Shown here: positions 8,967 through 19,424 of the stretch, piece by piece
Position numbering within the stretch: position 1 is the stretch's first letter
Layout of the letters: every line of letters begins with the position of its first letter
Position numbers and translations under genes: made by a program
Source of the DNA: Bugula neritina
Lineage: Eukaryota; Animalia; Bryozoa
DNA length: 21,749 nucleotides
NCBI GenBank assembly: GCA_964035545.1
Contig: CAXIUT010000223.1
Location: 53,603 to 75,351, forward strand
Direction of reading: 5' to 3'
Notes under the pieces: model-generated
What the model was told of the DNA's origin: nothing
Databases searched by the model: none
What the model saw: only the letters and a program-made list of their open reading frames with translations

Positions 8967-10904
8967 TCAGCTTTGGTTCAACTTTTGAGCCTGAGCTACC
9001 TTTCCGCAATAATCGATGTAACTTCCACAAGACCAAACTTTATTTTTCATCGTACTCAAACAAACCCAACAAAATTTGGTCTGACAACTCTGGCAAGTCA
9101 TGTGTTTGCATGCCTCTCGATGTTCAATTACCAAGTTACAGTGAGGACAGGCTCGATATAAAGGAGTCATATAAATCTTCTTAGTGTTGTTATCTTTGGT
9201 ATCTTTCAAGGTAAAAGGTCTGTTCCATGGAGCATTAGTCAAAAAGTCAGCTAGGAACTTGCACTCCTCATTTCCACAGTAATCTTCTTTGTTAGTTTTC
9301 CATTTTTTCATGCAGAGATAGCAAAAATCTCCATATTTACAGAAAGGACAAACAACTCGATTTGTTTTGAGACCTGCCTTACACACAGATGTTTTACAAT
9401 TAGGACACTGCTTACAAAACTCTTTCATCCAGTTAAGACTCAATCCCTTTTAAAACTCTGCTACTTCTTCTTTAGTAAAGACTCCAATCTTTCTACAATC
9501 TTTGAAGTTCCAAATAGCATTACAAGTCAAGTCATTGTCATCAGAATATGGACATCTCACCTAAAACTTATTAGTCTATATCAAAGATCTAACCAGGCTA
9601 GTCATCGTATCTCGACCAATGTTATGCCCACAAGTCATACGAGCAACGCCTTGTTCAAGACTAATCTGATCTATTCCATGGACATCGGCTATGATACTAG
9701 CAATTTAGTTGATCTCACACTTTGATTGAACTATTTTCAATTGAGTTCCTACAACTATCCTCAGGTCTGATAGCTTGACTGTCTTTCCTATTTTAGTGCC
9801 CTCGTAGTATAGAGTCATGCTGTTTGGATGTAAAGATTCAGTTAAATTGCCATATATGTATTCTTTTAGTTGCTGACCAGTGGTATCCTTATTTAAATAA
9901 ACCTAGGATTTATCTCCATGCATTGTTTGGATAGTTATTTTAACCTATGAGGATTTTGGTTGAGTTTTTTGAGAAGTTGTTTGAGGTACTGAAATATTTG
10001 GAACTTTGGGCACTTGAACTCTAGGAGGAAATTTCTGAGGTATTGAAATATTGTTTGTTTGAACAGGAGGTGTCCGAATTTGAATTGATTGGTTTTGAGA
10101 TTAAGTTCTTGGACGTGGAAGATTTGCAGTAGTTTGTGAGTTTCTCAAAACTGATGAAGAATTTAGGTTAGATGTAGATAGTTGTTGGGCAATAATTCTA
10201 TTTTTATTTAATCCAGTAACGAATTATTTTCTTTATGATTTAGTAAAGACACCTACTTTTTCACATAAGTCAAAACTCCATTCCTGCTTACACTAAACCC
10301 AAACATTATTAATTTTAGTTTTAAAAGGACATACCAATCGAGTCTTTTTGAAAGTAATTTGTTGTTTCATATAAATAACCATCGAATCTCTTGATATGAA
10401 ATCGCCACAAGACATTTTCATTCCTCCCATTTCATTAGAAAATAAATCTTTTTTCATGCTATCGTATGATACTCCTTTTATCTCACCCATTAATATCTTC
10501 TTCTGAACTATTTTGATTGGCAAATGAGGAGTTTTTGTTACCTTTTTAAGCCTCATATCACTATTTATTCTCGAATTGTTAAAGAACAGACTCATCATCT
10601 AAGGCTCTAATTCATCACTATGTTTTTCATGAATCATTCTCCTTAATTTCTGACCTGTAAAACTCCAAGGAGCCTTTGTATTAATAACTTATCCACTAAG
10701 TAGAACTATTTCCAAAGAGGCTTTGTCAGGCTTTTTCTCTTTATTTTCAATCTTTGATGACTGCTGACTAATGATAGAACTTTGAGTTGACCGAGGATTA
10801 TAGCTAACTGTGGACTCAGCCTAACTTTCTTCATCATTATTGCTCCATAGGTCACTTAAGTTTTGATAGAATCCTCTTCCAATGTTACTTAATGTACTTC
10901 TCAT
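8967..10904 (-). CDS. RBR (RING-IBR-RING) E3 ubiquitin ligase with two ubiquitin-like domains, 645 aa, intronless
   Basis: One frame from ATG 10904 to TGA 8967. IBR-type KQCPNCKTSVC…VVCPFCKYGDFCYLCMKKW and RING2 RACPHCNLVIEHREACKHMTCQSCQTKFCWVC with catalytic Cys. Ubl-like VKITIQTMHGDKSEVYLNKDTTGQQLKEYI…MTLYYEG. Confidence 0.9.
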
Positions 10905-11143
10905 ATGAAAAATAAGAGACAATCATAAATTTCACATATAAATCATGGCGCCACAATAAACATATTTATAAACTTCCCTTAATTTATTAGAAAAGTATCA
11001 TAAAACAGCAATTAATCATCCAGAGTAAGATCTATCTCAAAATAAGGATAATTTATTTGCATAAAAATATTTATTAAATTGGATTTAAATTTATAAGAGT
11101 CAAAGCTGAATGGTTAACTGTAGCATCAATAAATGATATTAAA

Positions 11144-12685
11144 TCACATCCTTTTCAATATACTACTTTTAGACCTTGATCTTGATTCCTGTCTTACTTT
11201 TGTCTGTTGCTCAAGTTGTTTCTTTTATCTAAAATTTTTACTAACAGATTTGATTTTAATATTTTCTATCTTATTTTTATTGCATTTATTCATTCTTATC
11301 TTCTTCTCTATATCACCATCGAATTTCTAATTCTCCACAAGACATGTATTAATATGATCAGTCAAAATATCAGTCTTTTATTTCTCTATTTTTTTATAAA
11401 TATTGATATCTTTGATGGCTTTTCCTCTACATTTCATTTGATTTTTTAGTATCTTTTCCATCTTTTGAATATAATTTTGAGAACTAGCTACCTGTTTTTT
11501 TTCAAACTTAGATAGAGGGACCATCTTATAGTAATCAAATTATGCTTTTTCTCTATCATAATCTTCACAATTGCTCATTTGATTACGTTATCTTTCTTGA
11601 TAAGAAATAGTATTAGTTATATCGACAAGTGAGGTATCTTCTTTTTCTCTTCCACTCTTATCTCCCATAGCGATATTTTTCAAAACTGAGGGTAAAATCA
11701 GTCCCTTTGCAAAGAGCATAACACTGTTAAAAGTAATGTTATCAGAATTCATGCTAAAATCAACATCAGATACTAAAAAATCTTTAGGAATTGATTTTGA
11801 TTCATTATTTATAGCTGATGTTCTAGAAAATGTTGATAGACTTTGATATAAATCCTAGTTAAATCTTTTATTAGCTGCACTGTAAAATGAATCAAAAGTA
11901 AAATTATTTTTCTGTAGTTGTTATCTTCCTGACATAAATGATGCATCTTGTGGATTAGATAAAAATTTGAATATGTTGATATCTTATTTACTTAATTTCT
12001 TCTGGAAAAAGTTTTATTCTTTTATAGCTACTAAGTTATCAAGCATAGATAGGGGTTAATTATCCAATATTTATAGAAGATTTTAAGCTACATTAAAATA
12101 TAATTATTGTTCTTTTTAAATTTCCTATATTTTCTTTTTTTATTTTTGTTTCAAATTATCGTTTTTTATTCTATTAAAATATTAAGTAGCATTTGATTAG
12201 ACTTTATCTATTCTGCTCTTCAGATCTTAAAAAACATTTTTGTCTCTCATAACAGTCAAAGCATTAAAAATCTTTTGATTTGAACTTATCTAAGCCTCTT
12301 GTTCTTTAGTTTTGATTCTTTTTTTGATATTTTATTGAGCTTCTTTGGCTGATAGTTATCCCTAGTTATACTTGAAATAATATTTACCTATTTTCATTCT
12401 TTATTGATATTAATTTTTAGTTTGTTCATCTATTTGTAAAGAATATTTAATTTTATCTATTCTATCTTTTCCTAACATCAACTTTTTTATATTCTTTATT
12501 TTTTATAACTAAGGAAAGTTGCTTATAGAAGTTGAGCGGCTGCCTTGAGACACATTATGTCTTTTTGTTTGAGGACTACGAGAAGATGATTAATTGCCAT
12601 TTTGTCCTTTAGATACATTTGCCATGATACTTCTATTATGTCGAGAATAGGGATTAGAAAAGTCTTGAACTTTATGAGTCTTCAT
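11144..12685 (-). CDS. Hypothetical Lys/Glu-rich protein (~513 aa)
   Basis: TGA-free frame from ATG 12685 (MKTHKVQDFSNPYSRHNRS) to TGA 11144 (…RSKSSILKRM*). No recognisable domain. Confidence 0.8.
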
Positions 12686-12757
12686 CAAGATCTTTGAAAG
12701 TAAAATAATTTGGTTTTATAATTATAATTTATAAATAGTATATATAGTTAATATTGA

Positions 12758-15256
12758 TCATTCTTTATCTATTGTTTTTTTAATTCTTTCTGTCCAATCT
12801 AATACTAATCCATCAGTTTAATTTATATCTTTTGTAAATTTAACTTTTTTTTTATTATTGATTCCTTTTCGTTTTAATTTCACTTCTTTTTTTTTCATAA
12901 AATCTTTATTATCTTGATCTTTTTTTATTTATTCTTAAATTTTGTTCATGATATTCTGAATATCAAAAGGCTTTTTCTTTTTTTAATTAACTTTAGAACT
13001 AAAGTCTTCAAGATTTGCTTGAGGTTCCTTCATATTCTATTAAAGAATATGATTATTTGATTATATTTATCTAGCATTATTTGTTGTTGTTTTATTTTAT
13101 TTACAAATCTATTTAATCAGCTTATAAAAAAATTTAATAGTCTTAAAAAGTGATTCAAGTAAATGATGAATGGCTCCAACAAGAAAAACTATCAGACATG
13201 ATAAACTGGTGACAACTAAAGTCAAATTATTCTAAGAAGTCATAAAGATGATGAAGCAAACATGGAATATGACAGGATATAAGGCCTTCATCACTGCCAA
13301 AACCTTGTTTTTACGCAAAAAATAACACTGAAATAGCATAGCAAGGTTGCCAAGACCAATAACCACCATGAAATAAATCGGATTCTCCAACAGTACCAAC
13401 AGAGGATAGATAAAGTTTTCATAGTTGTTCCACCATCTTCTCAAAGCAATCCAAATGTATCTTTTGTACATTTTCTATCTAGTTATTTTGATCTATCTTA
13501 GCAGACTAGCCATCAATAAGAAGAAAAGAGCGAAAAGAACTATATAGTGAACACTTAGATTGATCTTAGTAGCAAAGTTAGAAAATCCTCCTTTGAACAG
13601 ATAACTCCAAGGCAGTATCATCTAAATCATGCTTGAAACAACCAGTCCAAAGTATATCTACAACCGAAAGTTCTTTAAAGTTCTTGATAACTTTTTAAAA
13701 CTAGAAGGTCCTCTTTTGAGTATAACTATTGCCAGTTCATAAACAAACATGTTAGCTAAGAAGATGATTATATTGGCATAGTTAGTCTGCCAGAAGTCAG
13801 AGCTGATATCAAAGTAGAGAGCTCTACTTCCTGTCACTTTTTCTACTGATAAAGGAGTTGGTTTCTCAATCAAATTGAACTCTTAAATCATGTTCGTTTG
13901 GCATGAATGCTCGAATAAAGCTAAGTATCGGAATATGGCTTCAGGAATGCGAATATTCAAGAGTACATAGAGACTATAAAGTGTGAAGTAACTAAAAATA
14001 CTTAAAAAGAACACAGCGAAAGGAGATGAAAATATAAAAGCAAATACTTTTTCAATAAGATTATTAAGGAATAATATCGCTTACTCTATCCATGTAATAG
14101 TTTTTTATTGTTATTTTGTATATTCAAGTACTATGTAAAATTCTGACTAAGAAGATGATTCAGTCTAATTAACTTAAACAAAAGCTGATGGAAAAGAAGT
14201 CAAGATGTTCCCTCCCTCAGTTATATTGATTCCATAGCATGTACGATTATTATTTCCTATACTGTATATAAAACTTGCATAAGGGTCAGAAAGTAGGGTG
14301 TAAGTAGGAAAACGTCCGGTCATAATCCCTGTTTTATGAGTCAATAAGTCATGAATATATGTCAATGAAGACTTTTCTATAAGAATAAACCTATTAGAAG
14401 TATCAAGAAAAGCTGACGACTTGATATTTGGCCCCATTGATAAATTGGCTGTCACTAAATGAGATGTAATATTGATAACTCTTACTGGATTCATATTGCC
14501 TGTTTCTAAAATAGCTAGCTGGCTATCTTTACTAAAAGTAATTGTCTCTGTATAATGAGAACCTCCAGTAACTGACCCATTATACACATACTCTAAAGTA
14601 AAGCTAGAATTGACTGAGTATATATACAGTCGAGAATGTTTATCCCAAACTAAAACCTTTTATCGATTAGGCGAGACTACTGCCTGACAGTTAGTGACAT
14701 TTAGTGTCACTACTGAGCTAGTGTTAGTTAGAATATTCGTAATTTCTACTGAATCGTTTGAGCCTGATCGTTTGATATAGGCGTATATCTGACTACCTTT
14801 CCAAAAGACAAGTTTAGGAGAAGTAGAAGAGGAATACCCACCGGTCATATTCTGAAAAGCCACAACTCCACTTGAACTAATCGACCATATCAAGTGCTAA
14901 GTAACAGTGCCTGAGTAAGCAGTTAAGGCCATCAGTGTTTAATCTTCATTAGTTGATAGATATTTAAGATTATATGGCAGACTATTTCCATAAGAATAAA
15001 AAGTAAAATTTGAAAAAGAATTACTGAGGTTTGATTTGCTATAGACTTGAACGATGTTATTGGATCCCAAAGTGTATATGTTACCTTTGGATATTTCTGT
15101 ATTTCGAAAGGCATCTGATCCATAAAAGATGGAAGAAGCGTCAGAGTAGAGAGTCAAGTCTCCAGTCTAGAAGATGTCAACTGTGACGTTGCCAAGATTC
15201 AAGGTAAGTTGAGATGATACTGCTAGTAATAAGAGGGTAAAAATTGTGATCTGCAT
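12758..15256 (-). CDS. Surface multi-pass membrane protein, copy 1 (832 aa): signal peptide, N-glycosylated beta-rich ectodomain, about 7-8 TM segments, basic tail
   Basis: Most supplied minus-strand fragments here share one frame once TAA/TAG are read through. ATG 15256 MQITIFTLLLLAVSSQ to TGA 12758. More than 10 NxS/T sequons before the first hydrophobic segment; tail contains KKVKF. Confidence 0.88.
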
Positions 15257-15601
15257 AGCTAGCTCTACAATTATTATTTTCTTTAAATAGAAAGCAGAAA
15301 ATAAAGATCATAAATTAGTAAATAAGAAAAATTAAATTGATTCTTTACAAATAATAAACTATTAGTTTATCTTAATTTATTTGTTGATAAAAAAATATGA
15401 TCTTAATTATCTGAGAAAAAAGTCAAAAGCCATTTTTTAATCGATAGTTATCATTATTAAGTATCAATAAATATATAATTAGATTTAAAAAAATATTGCT
15501 TGATTGGATTTAATTAGGAAACATTAAATAAATGAAATCATTTAAAAGTAAATTTATAATATTTATTTAAAGCTAAAGTCAAGTTTGTTTTATCTAATAA
15601 C

Positions 15602-15751
15602 TCATATTCTAATCTCATAAATAGCTTTTCCAGTTATCACATAATAGTTAAAAAGCTTTTTTGCATAAAGTCCTTTTGATACATTTGCCATAATGCCTCT
15701 ATTATGTCGAGAACAAGGATGAGAAAAGTTTTGAATTTTATGAGTCTTCAT
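15602..15751 (-). pseudogene. Truncated duplicate of the 5' end of the 11144-12685 gene, forming a 49-aa chimeric ORF
   Basis: MKTHKIQNFSHPCSRHNRGIMANVSKG matches the parent MKTHKVQDFSNPYSRHNRSIMANVSKG, then runs into unrelated sequence ending in TGA. Confidence 0.7.
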
Positions 15752-15821
15752 CAAGATCTTTTAAGTAAAATAATTTGGTTTTATAATTATGATTTATAAA
15801 TAGTAATTTGTCAAGTATTGA

Positions 15822-18320
15822 TCATTTTAAGTCTTTTTTATTTATAGTTTTATTAGTTCGTTGGAACACTAATCCATCAACTTAATTAATATCTTTTGTA
15901 AATTTTACTTTATTTTTCTTCGTAACTCCTTTCTTTCTCAAACTCTTTTCTGTTTTCCTGGTAAAAGATTGACTATCTGACTTTTTCTTCATGAAATCTT
16001 CAATTTTGTTCATAATATTTTTAATATCAAAAGGCTTTCTCTTTTTATCAACTTTAGTATGAGAATCTTCAAGACTTGATTGAGGTCCTTTCAAATCTTA
16101 TTTTAAAATATGATTATTAGATTACATCTAATTCTTATCTTAGATTTTATTTGATCTACAATTTTTTTTAATCAGCTTATAAAAAAATTTAATAGTCTTA
16201 AAAAGTGATTCAAGTAAATGATGAATGGCTCCAACAAGAAAAACTATCAGACATGATAAACTGGTGACAACTAAAGTCAAATTATTCTAAGAAGTCATAA
16301 AGATGATGAAGCAAACATGGAATACGATAGGATATAAGGCCTTCATCACTGCCAAAACCTTGTTTTTACGCAAAAAATAGCACTGAAATAGCATAACAAG
16401 GTTACCAAGACCAATAACCACCATGAAATAGATCGGATTCTCCAACAATACCAACAGAGGATAGACAAAGTTTTCATAGTTGTTCCACCATCGTCTTAAA
16501 GCAATCCAAATGTATCTTTTGTACATTTTCTATCTAGTTATTTTGATCTATCTTAACAGACTAGCCATCAATAAGAAGAAAAGAGCGAAAAGAACTATAT
16601 AGTGAACACTTAGATTGGTCTTAGTAGCAAAGTTAGAAAATCCTCCCTTGAACAGATAACTCCAAGGCAGTATCATCTAAATCATGCTTGAAACAACCAG
16701 TCCAAAGTATATCTACAACCTAGATTTCTTTAAAGTTTTCAAAAGCTTTTTGAAACTAGAAGGACCTCTTTTGAGTATTACTATTGCTAGTTAATAAATA
16801 AGAACGTTTGCTAAGAAGATGATTATATTGGCATAATTAGTCTGCCAGAAGTCAGAGCTGATATCAAAGTAGAGAGCTCTACTTCCTGTCACTTTTTCTA
16901 CTGATAAAGGAGTTGGTTTCTCAATCAAATTGAACTCTTAAATCACATTTGTTTGACATGAATGTAAAAATAGCGTTAAATATCGAAAAATAGTTTCAGG
17001 AATGCGAATATTCAAGAGTACATAAAGGCTATAAAGTGTAAAATAGCTAAAAATACTTAAAAAGAACGCTGCGAAAGGCGATGAAAATATAAAAGTAAAT
17101 ACTTTTTCAATTATATTGTTAAGTATTATTATTTTCTACTATATCTCTGTAAATGTTTTTTATTGTTGTTATGTATACTCAAGAACTATGTAAAATTCTG
17201 ACTAAGAAGAAGGTGGCGCAGTCTAATTAATTTCAACCTCTTTAATAATTGATGGAAAAGAAGTCAAGATGTTCCCTCCCTCAGTTATATTGATTCCATA
17301 GCATGTATGATTTTTATTTCCTGTACTGTATATAAAACTTCCATAAGGATCAGAAAGTAGGGTGTAAGTAGGAAAAGTTCCTGTCATAGTTCCTGTCATA
17401 TTAGTCAACAAATCATGGATATAAGTCTATGAAAACTTCTTAAAGAGGATAAATCTATTAGAAGTATCAAGAAAAGCTGATGACATGACACTTGGCCCCA
17501 TTGATAAATTGGCTGTCACTAAATGAGATGTAATATTGATAACTCTTACTGGATTCGTATTGCCTGTCTATAATAGAGCTAGTTGACTATCTTTACTAAA
17601 AGTAATTGTCTGTGTGTAATCAGAACCTCCAACAACTGACCCATTATACACATACTCTAAAGTAAAACTAGAATTGACTGAGTATATGTACAGTCGAGAG
17701 TGTTTATCCCAAACTAAAGCTTTCTATCGATTAGGTGAGACTACTACCTTACAGTTAGTGACATTTAGTGTCACTACTGAGCTAGTATTAGTTAGAATAT
17801 TCGTAATTTCTACTGAATCGTTTGAGCCTGATCGTTTGATATAGGCGTATATCTGACTACCTTTCCAAAAGACAAGTTTAGGAGAAGTAGAAGAGGAATA
17901 CCCACCGGTCATATTCTGAAAAGCCACAACTCCACTTGAACTAATCGACCATATCAAGTGCTAAGTAACAGTGCCTGAGTAAGCAGTTAAGGCCATCAGT
18001 GTTTAATCTTCATTAATTGATAGATATTTAAGATTATATGGCAGACTATTTCCATAAGAATAGTGAGTAAAATTTTGCAAAGAATTACTGAGGTTTGATT
18101 TGCTATAGACTTGAACGATGTTATTGGATCCCAAAGTGTATATGTTACCTTTGGATATTTCTGTATTTCGAAAGGCATCTGATCCATAAAAGATGGAAGC
18201 AGCGTCAGAGTAGAGAGTCAAGTCTCCAGTCTAGAAGATGTCGACTGTGACGTTGCCAAGATTCAAGGTAAGTTGAGTGGATACTGCTAGTATTAAGAAA
18301 GTAAAAATTGTGATCTGCAT
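15822..18320 (-). CDS. Surface multi-pass membrane protein, copy 2 (832 aa)
   Basis: Paralog of copy 1 at an offset of about 3064 bp. Single frame ATG 18320 to TGA 15822, same total length (2499 nt). Confidence 0.88.
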
Positions 18321-18651
18321 AGCTAGCTCTACAATTATTATTTTCTTTAAATAGAAAAAAAATTAAATAAATTAATAAGTTTAAAAACTATTAAACAAAC
18401 TATTTAGATTAATTTATTTGTCTAAAATAGAAATTTATATTTTAAATATGTGGAACTTACCTTAATTATCCTTTAAATCGATAACAGTCGAAATCTTATC
18501 AGTAAATATTTATCGATAATAAATTTATCACAACAATAATTATGATTTATTTTATGAGTATAATAATCGAATATATTGTCTATTCTGAAAAAGTAAATCA
18601 AATAATATGATTGATAAAAAGCTCATAAAATTTATATGATTAATAACTAAA

Positions 18652-19395
18652 ATGAATCATCACATAAATAACATTCGAATAATCATTTTAAACATAAATA
18701 GTTTAGAAAATATAGATTAATATCTTCGATAACCTTAATTTAAAAAAATTATATAGTTTAACTTAAGATTTATTCTTTGTATAAAGAATCAACTATTTTA
18801 CGATATTATCTAAGAAAAATAAATAAAACTGAAGACCAATATAGTAGATAATGATGAATTAAAATATTTACTAAGAATGGAGATTCACTTCTCTATCAGT
18901 TCATGAAAATGAATAGTTAACAGTAATAAATGGAAAGAAAGAAAAGATGACAAAAATCTAAAATCTAAAATAGATCTAAGAAGTTAATAGATTTAAAAAG
19001 GTAATGAGTTGAATCATATTTTAAATTAAGGTCAAATAACAGCTAATATTAAAGACAAAAAAGTTTTAAGTCAAAAATTTTTCTAAATTTTTTTCTAAAA
19101 TCTAGAATTTTCATAACTCTTTTTTATCAGATATCATGAAATCATTTCAAAGAAAGAAATAAAAAAATAGTTTAAAGCTGAAGTCAAGTTTTTTATCTCA
19201 TAACTCATATTCTAATCTCATAAATAGCTTTTCCAGTTATCACATAATAGTTAAAAAGCTTTTTTGCATAAAGTCCTTTAGATATATTTGCTATAATGCC
19301 TCTATTATGTCGAGAACAAGGATGAGAAAAGTTTTAAAATTTATGAGTCTTCATCAAGATCTTTTAAGTAAAATAATTTGGTTTTATAATTATGA
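18652..19395 (+). CDS. Possible hypothetical protein (~241 aa) with an 18-nt intron at 18899-18916
   Basis: The frame is free of TGA except for two, both inside GTTCATGAAAATGAATAG. Lys/Glu/Ile-rich product with no recognisable domain; could be chance in AT-rich DNA with a single stop codon. Confidence 0.3.
19205..19354 (-). pseudogene. Second truncated duplicate of the same 5' gene fragment (49-aa ORF)
   Basis: Near-identical to 15602-15751, with the same ATG-to-TGA length. Confidence 0.7.
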
Positions 19396-19424
19396 TTTAT
19401 AAATAGTAATTTGTCAAGTATTGA

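Noticed and set aside
12758-13033. Separate small KKVKF-containing gene (also 15882-16094 and 19485-19697)
   Set aside because: It is in frame with, and continuous with, the upstream membrane-protein ORF; it is the cytoplasmic tail.
18652-18800. LINE/AP-endonuclease-like N-terminus (IRIIILNINSL…FILCIKN)
   Set aside because: It lacks the conserved QE and the downstream GDFN/SDH motifs, and there is no reverse transcriptase; likely an AT-rich coincidence.
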